A DNA stretch of 64,000 bases, taken from an uncultured Methylophilaceae bacterium (lineage in GTDB: Bacteria > Pseudomonadota > Gammaproteobacteria > Burkholderiales > Methylophilaceae). Made by a program: the position numbers and the translations under genes. Position 1 is the first letter of the stretch. Every line of letters starts with the position of its first letter. The notes below the pieces were generated by a model, which was not told where the DNA came from, did no database searches, and saw nothing but the letters and a program-made list of their open reading frames with translations. Shown here one piece after another: positions 43,839 through 54,581 of the stretch. The stretch spans positions 3,282 through 67,281 of the forward strand of contig CAJQTF010000001.1 in the NCBI GenBank assembly GCA_905618945.1. Direction: 5' to 3'.

Positions 43839-44897
43839 TCAAAGGACTGCCTTTAGAATCGATATAAGCTTCTGCATGTCTTCCATAGTGCCAATGGTAA
43901 TTCTTAAAAACTGCGAGATTCTTTCTGGCTCATTAAAGTGACGAACTAGAACTCCTGCCTCTCTTAATTTATTAAAGATAATAATTGCATCTTTTGATTT
44001 ATGCCGAGTAAATATAAAATTTGCTCCTGAAGAGAGAACTTCAAAATCAATTAAGAGCAACTCTTTTTCTAAAAATTTTCTTGCTTCAATAATTTTAATT
44101 CTTGTTAGATTAAAATAATTTTCATCTTGAATTGCTTTAACACCAGCTACTTGAGCTAAGCGATCAATGGGATAGGAATTAAAACTGTTCTTGATACGGT
44201 TAAGTGCCTCGATTAAATCTTCATTAGCAAAAGCACACCCTAACCTTATACCTGCTAAAGATCTTGATTTTGAAAATGACTGAGTTATCACTAAATTTTT
44301 ATATTGATTTATTAATTTGACTGCTGACTCTGTTCCAAAATCAACGTAGGCTTCATCAATTACAACAACACTTTCTTGATTTAGCTGTAATAAATTTTCA
44401 ATATCAACTACACTTTTCGGAATGCCAGTCGGCGCATTTGGATTAGGGAAAATAATACCGCCATTATTAATTAAATAATCTTCTAAATTTATATTTAATT
44501 TTTTATCTAATGGAATTCTTTTATATTTAATGTCGTAAAGACTACAATAAGCTGGGTAAAAACTATAAGTAATGTCTGGAAACAGAACAGGGGCTTCTTT
44601 ATTTAATAAAGCTTGGAAAATGAATGCAAGAATTTCATCGGACCCATTGCCAATAAAAATATTAGCTTTTGATAAGTTGTGGTAATTAGCAAGCGCTTCT
44701 TTTAAATTGATACTTTCTGGATCTGGATACAACCTAAGACTTGCTTTAGTACTTAATTTAATAGCATCTAAAACTTCACTGCTTGGGCTATAAGGATTTT
44801 CATTAGTATTTAGTTTAAGTAAAATCTTATCTTTTGGTTGTTCGCCAGGCGTATATGGAGTCAATCTACTAACAATATCGCTCCAATACTTACTCAT
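43839..44897 (-). CDS. hisC: Histidinol-phosphate aminotransferase
   Basis: [36 protein letters not shown]. Confidence 0.97.
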   Translation of the reverse strand: MSKYWSDIVSRLTPYTPGEQPKDKILLKLNTNENPYSPSSEVLDAIKLSTKASLRLYPDPESINLKEALANYHNLSKANIFIGNGSDEILAFIFQALLNKEAPVLFPDITYSFYPAYCSLYDIKYKRIPLDKKLNINLEDYLINNGGIIFPNPNAPTGIPKSVVDIENLLQLNQESVVVIDEAYVDFGTESAVKLINQYKNLVITQSFSKSRSLAGIRLGCAFANEDLIEALNRIKNSFNSYPIDRLAQVAGVKAIQDENYFNLTRIKIIEARKFLEKELLLIDFEVLSSGANFIFTRHKSKDAIIIFNKLREAGVLVRHFNEPERISQFLRITIGTMEDMQKLISILKAVL

Positions 44898-46198
44898 TTA
44901 TTATTAATGATTCTATATTTCGCAGATTTTGAATGTGCCTGTAAACCCTCACCTTCGGCAAGTGCTGATGCAACATAGCCTAAGTTGCTTGCAGTTTCTG
45001 GGGACAAAGAAATCAAACTAGATCTTTTTTGAAAGTCATAAACACCCAAAGGTGATGAGAATCTTGCCGTTCCTGATGTTGGTAAAACATGATTTGGTCC
45101 AGCGCAATAATCTCCAACCGCTTCACAAGTATTTCTTCCCATAAAAATCGCACCAGCATGATTAATTTCTTTTAATAGCTCTTCCGGATCTTCAACTGAA
45201 AGTTCGAGATGCTCTGGAGCTATATAATCTGATATTGCAGCTGCTTCTTTTAAATCCTTAGCTAAAATAAAAACTCCTCTATTGCTTAATGAGGAAGTAA
45301 TTACATTTTTTCTAGTCATCTCAACGATTAATTTATCAATACTAGCCATCACTAAATTTAAAAATTTTGGGTCCGTAGCAATTAAAATAGATTGGGATAA
45401 CTCATCATGTTCTGCTTGAGAAAATAAATCCATTGCAATCCAATCGGGGTTTGTATTTCCATCACAAATAATAGTTATCTCAGAAGGGCCAGCAATCATA
45501 TCTATACCTACAGTTCCAAATACCTTTCTTTTTGCCTCTGCTACATATGCATTTCCTGGGCCTACAATCTTATCAACTCTTGGTATCGTTTCAGTCCCAT
45601 AAGCTAGGGCAGCTATAGCTTGCGCACCACCTATTGTGAAAACTCTATCAACTTTTGCAATTTTTGCTGCAGCTAAAACTAGATCATTTTTTTCACCATC
45701 AGGCGTAGGCACAACCATAACCAAATCCTTTACCCCGGCAATTCTTGCAGGAATAGCATTCATTAAAACTGAAGATGGGTATGCGGCTTTGCCCCCAGGC
45801 ACATATAAGCCAACGCGATCTAATGGAGATATCTTTTGACCATAACTAGACCCCTGATCATCTTTATATGACCAAGATTCAGCTTTCTGTTTAAGGTGAT
45901 AATCGATAATTCTTGCTGCTGCAATCTCTAAGAATTTTTTTGTTTCTTTAGGAATTCTATTTAATGATTCTGTTAACTCATCTTGCTCTATTTCTAAACT
46001 TTTTAGACTAGAAGTACTCACGCGATCAAATTTTTTTGTGTAATCTAAAACCGCTTGATCACCATTTTTTTTAACCTCATTAATAATATCGTTTGTAGTT
46101 TTAATAATTTCTTCGTTATCAGCAGCATCAAAATTCAAAAGAGATTTAAGCTCAGATAAAAAATTGTCATCAGTTGATTTTAATCTTTTAATATCCAC
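44894..46198 (-). CDS. hisD: Histidinol dehydrogenase
   Basis: [37 protein letters not shown]. Confidence 0.98.
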   Translation of the reverse strand: MDIKRLKSTDDNFLSELKSLLNFDAADNEEIIKTTNDIINEVKKNGDQAVLDYTKKFDRVSTSSLKSLEIEQDELTESLNRIPKETKKFLEIAAARIIDYHLKQKAESWSYKDDQGSSYGQKISPLDRVGLYVPGGKAAYPSSVLMNAIPARIAGVKDLVMVVPTPDGEKNDLVLAAAKIAKVDRVFTIGGAQAIAALAYGTETIPRVDKIVGPGNAYVAEAKRKVFGTVGIDMIAGPSEITIICDGNTNPDWIAMDLFSQAEHDELSQSILIATDPKFLNLVMASIDKLIVEMTRKNVITSSLSNRGVFILAKDLKEAAAISDYIAPEHLELSVEDPEELLKEINHAGAIFMGRNTCEAVGDYCAGPNHVLPTSGTARFSSPLGVYDFQKRSSLISLSPETASNLGYVASALAEGEGLQAHSKSAKYRIINNK

Positions 46199-46201
46199 GA
46201 T

Positions 46202-46840
46202 TTAATTTGCAACTGCATTTGTAAATTTATCAATCATCGGCTGAAGAATTTCTCGATTAATCTTTAAAGAAGCTTTATTCACTATTAGCCTGGAGCTAAT
46301 TTCTCCTATCTCTTCAACTGCTACTAATTGGTTGGCATCTAAAGTTTTTCCTGAACTTACTAAATCTACAATCACATCTGATAAGCCTACAATAGGGGCA
46401 AGCTCCATCGATCCATATAATTTAATTAAGTCTATGTGCAAACCTTTTTTAGCGAAATGTTTCCTCGCTACATCAACATACTTTGAAGCGACTCTTAATC
46501 GCATTCCTTTTTTTACATTTTCTTCATAATTAAAATCTTTTCTACAGGCAACCATCATTTTACATTTAGCAATATTTAGATCTAATGGCTGATAAAGTCC
46601 AACTCCTTGATATTCATCTAAAATATCTTTACCGGCTATACCTAAATCTGCCCCACCCCATTCAACATAAGTAGGCACATCAGAAGCTCGCACAATGATA
46701 AGTTGAATTTCTTCATCATTGGTTTTTAAAACTAATTTTCGAGAAGTTTCTGGGTCTTCTTCGCAATAAATTCCAGCCGCATTAAGAATTGGCATGGTCT
46801 CAGAAAAAATTCTTCCCTTTGATAAAGCAATCGTAATCAT
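46202..46840 (-). CDS. hisG: ATP phosphoribosyltransferase, short form (HisZ-dependent)
   Basis: [26 protein letters not shown]; 212 aa, no C-terminal regulatory domain. Confidence 0.97.
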   Translation of the reverse strand: MITIALSKGRIFSETMPILNAAGIYCEEDPETSRKLVLKTNDEEIQLIIVRASDVPTYVEWGGADLGIAGKDILDEYQGVGLYQPLDLNIAKCKMMVACRKDFNYEENVKKGMRLRVASKYVDVARKHFAKKGLHIDLIKLYGSMELAPIVGLSDVIVDLVSSGKTLDANQLVAVEEIGEISSRLIVNKASLKINREILQPMIDKFTNAVAN

Positions 46841-46841
46841 G

Positions 46842-48107
46842 TTAATTAACCCTCTCTATTTGTGCCCCAATCTGGTTAAATTTTTTCTCTAAGTTCTCAT
46901 AGCCCCTATCTAAATGGTAAATTCTATCAATCACAGTAGTCCCTTTAGCTGAAAGAGCAGCAAGAATTAAAGATGCTGATGCTCTTAAATCTGTTGCCAT
47001 AACACTAGCACCTTCTAGCATTTTACCACCTCTTACAACTGCTGTATTTTGATTAATTTCAATATCAGCACCCATTCTAATTAATTCTTGAACATGCATA
47101 AATCTATTTTCAAAAATTGTTTCTTTTATTTCACTAACACCCTCTGCAATGGTATTTAATGCCATAAATTGAGCCTGCATATCGGTTGGAAACCCTGGGA
47201 ATGGTGCAGTTTCTATACTTACAGATTTTAAAGTACCGTTACTTTTAACTGTAACAATATTATCTGACTCAATAACCTCAACCCCTGTTTCTCTTAATTT
47301 ATTAATAATAGAAATCATCTTATCTGGCTCAACTCCTATACAATTTAATTCTCCACCTGTCATAGCGACGGCTACCATGTATGTGCCTGCCTCAATTCGA
47401 TCAAAAATAATTGAATGCTCTGCTCCATTTAATTCTTCTACACCCTCAATGGTAATTATATCAGTACCCAAGCCCTTGATTATTGCCCCCATTTTGATTA
47501 AACAATTACCTAAATCAATAACCTCAGGCTCTTTAGCAGAATTTTCAAGTATGGTTTTTCCTTTCGCAAGGCACGCTGCCATCATTAAATTTTCAGTTCC
47601 AGTCACAGTCACTTGGCTCATAGAAATTTCTGCTCCTACCAATTTCCCCCCTGGCAGCCCATTGGTAGATGCAACTATGTCGCCATTTTCAATTTTAATC
47701 GAAGCGCCCATTGCCTCAAGGCCTTTAATATGAATATCAACTGGTCTAGAGCCTATTGCACAACCACCCGGCAATGAGACTCTTGCACTTCCAAACCTTG
47801 CTAGCAAAGGACCTAAAACAAGAATAGATGCCCTCATAGTTTTAACTAAATCATAAGGAGCATGAAAATCTTTTATATCTCTTGCACTTAGTTTCATTAA
47901 AGAATCAATTTTTGATATTTCCACACCCATAGCAAACAATAGTTTCTCGGTTGTTTTTATATCAAAAAGATTAGGGACATTTTTTAATTTTAATTCTTCT
48001 TTAGATAATAAAGAGGCAATTAAAATAGGTAATGCAGCATTTTTAGCGCCAGAAATATAAACATCACCATTTAGCTTTTTCTGGCCATTTATTATAAGTT
48101 TATCCAA
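46842..48107 (-). CDS. murA: UDP-N-acetylglucosamine 1-carboxyvinyltransferase
   Basis: [30 protein letters not shown]. Confidence 0.99.
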   Translation of the reverse strand: MDKLIINGQKKLNGDVYISGAKNAALPILIASLLSKEELKLKNVPNLFDIKTTEKLLFAMGVEISKIDSLMKLSARDIKDFHAPYDLVKTMRASILVLGPLLARFGSARVSLPGGCAIGSRPVDIHIKGLEAMGASIKIENGDIVASTNGLPGGKLVGAEISMSQVTVTGTENLMMAACLAKGKTILENSAKEPEVIDLGNCLIKMGAIIKGLGTDIITIEGVEELNGAEHSIIFDRIEAGTYMVAVAMTGGELNCIGVEPDKMISIINKLRETGVEVIESDNIVTVKSNGTLKSVSIETAPFPGFPTDMQAQFMALNTIAEGVSEIKETIFENRFMHVQELIRMGADIEINQNTAVVRGGKMLEGASVMATDLRASASLILAALSAKGTTVIDRIYHLDRGYENLEKKFNQIGAQIERVN

Positions 48108-48110
48108 GAG

Positions 48111-48419
48111 CTATGCTGGGGATATTAATTTAGCAAGCTCGCCAGACTCATACATTTCTTTGATGATATCGGATCCTCCAACAAACTCTCCATTAATGTA
48201 TAGCTGTGGAATTGTTGGCCAATTTGAAAATATCTTAATTCCTTCACGAACATCAGGGTCTTGAAGTACATCAAATGTTTCATATTTTGTTCCACATGCA
48301 TCTAAAACCTGACAGGCTAAGCTTGAGAAGCCACATTGAGGAAACTTAGGATTTCCTTTCATAAAGAGAAGCACTTGATTGTCATCAATTAATTGTTTGA
48401 TTTTCAAATTTTCAGTCAT
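48111..48419 (-). CDS. grxD: Monothiol glutaredoxin Grx4
   Basis: PQCGFS active site, [11 protein letters not shown]. Confidence 0.96.
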   Translation of the reverse strand: MTENLKIKQLIDDNQVLLFMKGNPKFPQCGFSSLACQVLDACGTKYETFDVLQDPDVREGIKIFSNWPTIPQLYINGEFVGGSDIIKEMYESGELAKLISPA

Positions 48420-48422
48420 TTT

Positions 48423-48680
48423 TTATCTCCGTTTAGATTTGTTAAATTTTTGCCATTGATCTGGCGTAATTGTTTTCATCGATAAAGCATGTATTTCCTG
48501 CTTCATCATATCGCCCAAAGCCTGATAAACCATTTGGTGCTGTTTAATCATAGATTGATCTTTAAAAAGAGGGCTGACAATAGTTGCTTCGAAGTGAGTC
48601 CCATCATCACCTCTAACTTCGATGAAATCACAATCTAAATTAGCATCAATAACTTCTTCTATTTGGCTAGGTAATAACAT
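48423..48680 (-). CDS. BolA/IbaG-family protein
   Basis: GDDGTHFEATIVS..F, QHQMVY, IHALS. Confidence 0.93.
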   Translation of the reverse strand: MLLPSQIEEVIDANLDCDFIEVRGDDGTHFEATIVSPLFKDQSMIKQHQMVYQALGDMMKQEIHALSMKTITPDQWQKFNKSKRR

Positions 48681-49457
48681 TTATCCCCTTAGTTTATATC
48701 CAGATTTTAACATTTGAATCGTGCCATAAGATAAGACAATAAAAAATATGGTGACGATACTTAAGCTAAAATATGGTGACACATCTGATTGCCCAAAAAA
48801 TCCATACCTAAAGCCGTCAATCATATAGAAAAATGGATTTAATTGTGAGACTTTTTGCCAAGATGCTGGCAACGAATGAATTGAGTAAAATACACCAGAT
48901 AACATTGATAAAGGCATAATAACGAAATTTCCGAAAGCTGCCATTTGATCAAATCGTTCAGACCAAACTCCAGCAATTATTCCAAACGCCCCCATAAGTC
49001 CTCCTCCAAAAACAGCGAATAAAAATACTATCCACGGATGCTCAATAGGCAAATCAACATATAAAGTAGCGATTAAATAAATACAAAAACCAACAAATAT
49101 TCCTCTTGCTATTGACGCAATAAGAAACGAAAAAAATAACTGGATATAACTTAAAGGGGTTAATAAAAGAAAAACAATGTTCCCCATTACTTTGGCCTGG
49201 ATTAAGCTTGATGAGCTATTAGAAAAAGAGTTTTGCAAAAGAGACATCATAATTAACCCAGGAATTAAAAAAGCCATATAAGGAACGCCCTCATAAACTT
49301 CGACACGGCTATCAAGCACATGAGAAAAAATGAGTAAATATAATATTCCTGTAATTACTGGTGCAGCAACTGTTTGGAAAGCTACGCGCCAAAATCTAAG
49401 AAGTTCTTTTTTTAAAAGGGTCCATGTACCTATTAATTGATTGTGTATATTATTCAT
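48681..49457 (-). CDS. ABC-2 transporter permease (YadH-like)
   Basis: KELLRFW, FLIPGLIMM, LSGVFYSI, NPFFYMIDGFRYGF. Confidence 0.9.
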   Translation of the reverse strand: MNNIHNQLIGTWTLLKKELLRFWRVAFQTVAAPVITGILYLLIFSHVLDSRVEVYEGVPYMAFLIPGLIMMSLLQNSFSNSSSSLIQAKVMGNIVFLLLTPLSYIQLFFSFLIASIARGIFVGFCIYLIATLYVDLPIEHPWIVFLFAVFGGGLMGAFGIIAGVWSERFDQMAAFGNFVIMPLSMLSGVFYSIHSLPASWQKVSQLNPFFYMIDGFRYGFFGQSDVSPYFSLSIVTIFFIVLSYGTIQMLKSGYKLRG

Positions 49458-49458
49458 C

Positions 49459-50373
49459 TTAAACTTTATTCCCTGTCAGCTTTAAGAAAATATTTTCTAG
49501 GTCCTGATCTACAGTTTCCATATCCAATATCTCTATAGACTCTTTATTTAAGGCTGTAATGATTTTACTAATGTCAGCAATTTTTTTTAATTCAAAAGTA
49601 TAAAAATCATCATCAACTGAAAAATTTATTTCTTTAATACTGCTTGGTAATTTAAATACTCCTTTTGCAGATAGCCTAAGCTTTAAATTCTTTGCTGCAA
49701 ATTTTTTAAGAAGATTGTTGGTGGTATCTAAAGCAACTACTTTCCCAGCTCTTAGCATTGCTACTCGGTTGCATAGGGCTTCTGCCTCCTCAAGATAGTG
49801 AGTGGTCAAAACAATCGTATGTCCTTCTTTATTTAATTCTTTAATAAAATCCCATAATTTTTGCCTAAGCTCGACGTCAACACCCGCAGTTGGCTCATCT
49901 AAAACAATTACAGGAGGCCTATGAACTAAAGCTTGAGCTATTAAAGCTCTCCTTTTCATTCCTCCTGATAGCATTCTCATATTAGTAGAAGCTTTTGCTG
50001 TTAAATCTAAACGTTCGATAACTTCATCGACCCAAATATCATTACTTTTTCCTTTACCAAAATAACCTGCTTGAAAGCGAAGCATTTCTCTTAAATTAAA
50101 AAATGGATCGAAAACTAATTCTTGTGGAACAATCCCAAGAGAATGTCTAGCATTTTGATAATCTTTAACGACATCAAAGCCCATTGCTGATATAGATCCA
50201 GCGGTTGGCTTGACCAAACCTGCCAACATATTAATTAAAGTAGATTTACCAGCCCCGTTAGGGCCAAGCAAACCAAAGAACTCTCCTTCTTCAATTGACA
50301 GAGTAATCCCATTAACAGCTTTTAATTGGCCATAATTTTTTTTAACGCTCTTAAATGCAATAGCTTTTTTCAT
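49459..50373 (-). CDS. ABC transporter ATP-binding protein (YadG-like)
   Basis: GPNGAGKS, LSGGMKRR, LDEPTAGVDVELR, TTHYLEEAE. Confidence 0.92.
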   Translation of the reverse strand: MKKAIAFKSVKKNYGQLKAVNGITLSIEEGEFFGLLGPNGAGKSTLINMLAGLVKPTAGSISAMGFDVVKDYQNARHSLGIVPQELVFDPFFNLREMLRFQAGYFGKGKSNDIWVDEVIERLDLTAKASTNMRMLSGGMKRRALIAQALVHRPPVIVLDEPTAGVDVELRQKLWDFIKELNKEGHTIVLTTHYLEEAEALCNRVAMLRAGKVVALDTTNNLLKKFAAKNLKLRLSAKGVFKLPSSIKEINFSVDDDFYTFELKKIADISKIITALNKESIEILDMETVDQDLENIFLKLTGNKV

Positions 50374-50422
50374 CAAATTCTTAATTGATCTCTAAATTTA
50401 GTTTGTATATTGAAAAATATTT

Positions 50423-50704
50423 TTAAGAAATAAATTTTTCTACGCCATAAAGCTTGGCTAGACTTTCTAGATTTGCGGGAGTATTTTTTATGCTCACAGT
50501 TCTATTATATTTTTTAGCTTGTCGTTTCCATTCAAATATCAACCCTAGTAATGAGGTGTCGACTTCTTTTACTTGAATTAAATCGATTAGAACAGAATTC
50601 TTCCATTCATAGCTGATAGTTAATTTCATAATACTAGGTGCTTGAGTTAAGGTAATATCGCCCTTCATAACCCAATTATTATTATGAAATTCTATTGAAT
50701 TCAC
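50423..50704 (-). CDS. mlaB: STAS-domain protein MlaB
   Basis: IDL.QV.EVDTS, LAKLYGV; last gene of the mla cluster. Confidence 0.85.
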   Translation of the reverse strand: MNSIEFHNNNWVMKGDITLTQAPSIMKLTISYEWKNSVLIDLIQVKEVDTSLLGLIFEWKRQAKKYNRTVSIKNTPANLESLAKLYGVEKFIS

Positions 50705-50706
50705 TT

Positions 50707-51309
50707 CTATTTTTTACCTTTATTTTTCTTTGATAATTTTTTAATTAAAGCATCCATACCATTTCGTTTAATCTCACTTGAAAATTGACTTCTATAATTA
50801 GTAACTAAACTTACGCCTTCAATCACAATATCAAAAACAAGCCACTTCCCAGAGTTCTTAGATAAAGCATAGTTAACTCTAATTGGCTGACCTCCACTTT
50901 GGGTAATTTCGGTTTTAACTATAACAATTTCATCTGTGTCAGACATCCTAGTTGGTTTAAATTCTATTGCATGATCTTTATATTTTGACAAAGCTACTGC
51001 ATATGTTTTTAACAAAAGTGTTCTAAATTGGACAATAAACTCTTTTTTTTGTTCGTCACTTGCAGATCTCCAAGCTCGACCCAATACCAGGCGTGCAACT
51101 CTTTCGAAATCAAAATTTGGAAGTATTTTTTCCTCAGCTAATTTATAAATCTTTTCTTTATCCCCTTTTTGGATTTCTTCGTCTGCTTTAATTGCAAATA
51201 GAACATCCTCAGCTGTTTTCCTTACTAAATCCTCAGGACCCAAAGCAGCTATAGAATTAATTGAGAAAAATACTGCTAAAAAAAGGAACTTAATAAGATA
51301 TTTCTTCAA
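50707..51309 (-). CDS. mlaC: Periplasmic phospholipid-binding protein MlaC
   Basis: Signal peptide, LGRAWR.AS, DIVIEGVSLVTNYRSQF. Confidence 0.94.
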   Translation of the reverse strand: MKKYLIKFLFLAVFFSINSIAALGPEDLVRKTAEDVLFAIKADEEIQKGDKEKIYKLAEEKILPNFDFERVARLVLGRAWRSASDEQKKEFIVQFRTLLLKTYAVALSKYKDHAIEFKPTRMSDTDEIVIVKTEITQSGGQPIRVNYALSKNSGKWLVFDIVIEGVSLVTNYRSQFSSEIKRNGMDALIKKLSKKNKGKK

Positions 51310-51310
51310 T

Positions 51311-51775
51311 TTACTCCTCCTCTTCAGATGCTTTACTATACAAGAATTGACTAATTAATTTTTCTAAAACAACTGCATCCTGTGTCTGGGTAATCCTATC
51401 CCCTTCAGCCAAATTACTCATATCTCCTCCTGCCTCAAGTCCAATATATTGCTCACCTAAAAGGCCTGCAGTATAAATATTAGCAAACGTATCTTTTGGA
51501 AATACATATCGCTTATCAATATCTATTTTAACAATTGCATGATAAGCCTTTGTGTCAAAAACGACTGACTTTACCCTACCTACTACAACACCTGCTGCTT
51601 TTATAGGGGCTCTCGGTTTTAATCCACCAATATTTTCAAAGTGAGCTATAACTGAATAGGTTTCCCTTATATCATTAGAAGTTAAATTCCCAACCTTCAT
51701 AGCAAGACCAAGCAAAGAGATTACCCCTATTGCTACAAAGATTCCAACCCAAGCATCAAGTTTAATTTTATCCAT
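51311..51775 (-). CDS. mlaD: MCE-domain protein MlaD
   Basis: FENIGGLK..AP..AGVVVGRV, TAGLLGEQY. Confidence 0.95.
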   Translation of the reverse strand: MDKIKLDAWVGIFVAIGVISLLGLAMKVGNLTSNDIRETYSVIAHFENIGGLKPRAPIKAAGVVVGRVKSVVFDTKAYHAIVKIDIDKRYVFPKDTFANIYTAGLLGEQYIGLEAGGDMSNLAEGDRITQTQDAVVLEKLISQFLYSKASEEEE

Positions 51776-51798
51776 AAAGTTTCCTTATTTAAATCAGT

Positions 51799-52587
51799 TT
51801 ACCCACCAAGCATAAAAGAGGTCAATACAAAATCGAGTCCTAATATTACTAATGATGAGGTTACTACTGTCCTTGTAGTAGCTCGACTAACACCTTCTGC
51901 AGTTGGTGGGGCATCAAAGCCCTCAAAAAGAGCAATAGTGGTACAAGCTACACCAAACACTAAACTTTTTATAACCCCATTAACAATATCATATCTAAAA
52001 TCAACATTTGCCTGCATTTGAGACCAAAAAGCACCTTCGTCAACCCCAATTACAATAACAGCAACAACATAGCCACCTAGTATTCCTACCATTGAAAAGA
52101 TAGACGCCAATATTGGCATAGCTATCACACCTGCCCAAAAACGAGGTGCAATAATTCTTCCAACAGGATTGACCGCCATCATCTCCATTGCTGATAATTG
52201 CTCGGTTGCTTTCATTAAACCAATTTCGGCAGTAATTGCGGTTCCAGCTCTACCTGCAAAAAGAAGTGCTGTTACTACTGGTCCTAGCTCTCTAACCAGT
52301 GCAAGCGCAACTAAAACGCCTATCGCCTCAGATGATCCATATTTCTGAAGCGTATAATAACCTTGTAAACCTAGAACCATTCCTACAAAAAAAGCAGAAA
52401 CAATAATAATTACTAAAGACATTACTCCCGTAAAATAAATTTCTTTCATAGTTAAATGAAACCTTTTAAAACTTTCTCCTGAGGAAATAAGTATTAAAAA
52501 GAATAATCTTGCAGCTGTTCCAAGGCGCTGAATCCTCCTGGTAACTGAGTAACCAATTTTTTCAAAAAAATTTGTTAAGCTCTTCAT
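51799..52587 (-). CDS. mlaE: Lipid asymmetry ABC permease MlaE
   Basis: RELGPVVTALLFAGRAGTAITAEIGLMKATEQ. Confidence 0.97.
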   Translation of the reverse strand: MKSLTNFFEKIGYSVTRRIQRLGTAARLFFLILISSGESFKRFHLTMKEIYFTGVMSLVIIIVSAFFVGMVLGLQGYYTLQKYGSSEAIGVLVALALVRELGPVVTALLFAGRAGTAITAEIGLMKATEQLSAMEMMAVNPVGRIIAPRFWAGVIAMPILASIFSMVGILGGYVVAVIVIGVDEGAFWSQMQANVDFRYDIVNGVIKSLVFGVACTTIALFEGFDAPPTAEGVSRATTRTVVTSSLVILGLDFVLTSFMLGG

Positions 52588-52598
52588 ATTTTAAATTC

Positions 52599-53393
52599 CT
52601 AAAGCGCCAAGTCTGAATTATAAGATGGAGCAGCAACATGAAATGGTACTGGCCCATCTTTTTCAGAATGAATAAATTGTTTTACAAACGGAAGTTTTGA
52701 TGCCATTAATTGCTTTGGTGACCCTTCAGCGGCAACAATACCATCTGCAACAAAATAAATATAATCCGCGAAAGAAAAAGTTTCTGCAACATCGTGAGTA
52801 ACAATAATTGAAGTTGCTCCAAGTGCATCATTTAATGTTCGAATTAAGTCACAAATTACAGCCATTGAAATTGGATCTAAACCTGCAAATGGCTCATCGT
52901 ACATAATAATATCAGGGTCGAGTGCAATGGCTCTTGCTAGAGCAACCCTTCTTGCCATTCCTCCAGATAATTCTGTAGGCATTAACTTATATGCACCGCG
53001 GAGGCCTACTGCATTTAATTTCATCAAAACTAAATCTTTTATTATATTTTCCGGAAGGTCGGTATGCTCTCTCATAGGAAATGCAACATTCTCATAAACT
53101 GATAGATCGGTGAATAAAGCCCCGTGCTGAAACAACATACCCATTTTTCGTCTTAATTTATAAATACCAGATAGGTTCTGATCATGTACAACTTGACCAT
53201 CAATAGAAACGCTTCCTGACTTAGGTTTAATTTGACCGCCAATCAGTTTTAAAATAGTAGTCTTACCGCTCCCGCTACCACCCATAATTGCAGACACCTT
53301 ACCTCTTTGGAATTCCATATTAATTCCTTTATGGAGGAGTTCTTTACCATAGCCAAAAGTAAGGTTTTGAATATTTATTAAATTATCTGACAT
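52599..53393 (-). CDS. mlaF: Lipid asymmetry ABC ATPase MlaF
   Basis: GGSGSGKT, LSGGMARRVALARAIALDP, DEPFAGLDP. Confidence 0.96.
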   Translation of the reverse strand: MSDNLINIQNLTFGYGKELLHKGINMEFQRGKVSAIMGGSGSGKTTILKLIGGQIKPKSGSVSIDGQVVHDQNLSGIYKLRRKMGMLFQHGALFTDLSVYENVAFPMREHTDLPENIIKDLVLMKLNAVGLRGAYKLMPTELSGGMARRVALARAIALDPDIIMYDEPFAGLDPISMAVICDLIRTLNDALGATSIIVTHDVAETFSFADYIYFVADGIVAAEGSPKQLMASKLPFVKQFIHSEKDGPVPFHVAAPSYNSDLAL

Positions 53394-53450
53394 TATTGTT
53401 TTTCATGTTTATTGTTAAGTATATTTTACATTAAAATCTGGTAAAGCAAC

Positions 53451-54581
53451 CTATAGTTCGCCATATGAATGAAGGCCAGATAAAAATAAATTAACTCCAA
53501 GAAACGCAAAAGTTGTAATAACTAAGCCTCCCAGAGACCACCAAGCGAGAACTGTTCCCCTCAATCCTTTAATTAATCTTAAATGAAGCCATGCCGCATA
53601 ATTTAGCCATACTATTAATGCCCAAGTTTCTTTTGGGTCCCAAGACCAATAACCTCCCCACGCCTCAGCAGCCCATACAGCACCCAATATTGTTGCAATT
53701 GTAAAAAAAATAAAACCAATTGATATCGCTTTATAAGTCATCTCATCCAAAACATTTAACTCTGGTAGGTAGCTTCCTATAATGCCTTTGTCTTTGAGCA
53801 GATATGCAACTGAAATCATGGCTGCCATTGCAAATGCTCCATATCCAATAAAATTCGCAGGTACATGTATTTTCATCCAATATGATTGAAGAGCTGGCAC
53901 TAAAGGCTGTATTTCATTTGCTCCCTTTTCAAAGGTATACCAAAGAATGAAGGCTACAGCTGCAGTAATTATAATAAGCACAAACGCGCCCATTTTTTTT
54001 ATTTCTAATTTTTCTTCATAATGAAGATAAAGCAAAGATGTAATTAAACAGAAAAGAACAAATACCTCATATAAATTACTTACTGGTATATGGCCAACGT
54101 CAATACCGATTAAATAAGACTCATACCAGCGAACTAGCAGCCCAACAAACCCCATCATTGTGGCTATCCAAGTTATTTTAGTTGCAAGATTTCCATAAAA
54201 GTCTTGTTTACTAAATAAATAAACCCAGTAAGTAACGAGGCTTAACGGATATAAAGCAGTCATCCACATAATGGCTGACTGACTAGATAGAAAATATTTC
54301 AGAATGAAATTAAGCTCTATTCCTTCTAAAGTGCCTTTATAGAAATAAATAGAGATAAATGATAGTAAAAAAGTATATAAAAATAATTTTCTAAAATTTG
54401 ACCACACATTACCCATCCAAGTAAATGTAATAGCTGAACCAATTAAAATAATTAGTTCATAATTATCCATAAAATTATTAAATTTTGATATTGCAATTAT
54501 AGTTAGGCAGGCCAGCAACAAGCTGAACGAATAATTCATAAATTTATCTTTTATATTTGGTAGCATTTTTAACCCCATCAA
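53451..54581 (-). CDS. System II cytochrome c synthase subunit (ResC/CcsA type)
   Basis: WWD domain WAAEAWGGYWSWDPKETW, conserved His (KIHVP, GLHSY); exact start uncertain. Confidence 0.95.
   Translation of the reverse strand: MMGLKMLPNIKDKFMNYSFSLLLACLTIIAISKFNNFMDNYELIILIGSAITFTWMGNVWSNFRKLFLYTFLLSFISIYFYKGTLEGIELNFILKYFLSSQSAIMWMTALYPLSLVTYWVYLFSKQDFYGNLATKITWIATMMGFVGLLVRWYESYLIGIDVGHIPVSNLYEVFVLFCLITSLLYLHYEEKLEIKKMGAFVLIIITAAVAFILWYTFEKGANEIQPLVPALQSYWMKIHVPANFIGYGAFAMAAMISVAYLLKDKGIIGSYLPELNVLDEMTYKAISIGFIFFTIATILGAVWAAEAWGGYWSWDPKETWALIVWLNYAAWLHLRLIKGLRGTVLAWWSLGGLVITTFAFLGVNLFLSGLHSYGEL

Noticed and set aside
50423-53393. Absence of mlaA/vacJ from the mla cluster
   Set aside because: mlaA is unlinked in many proteobacteria, including E. 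coli, so loss cannot be inferred from this window.
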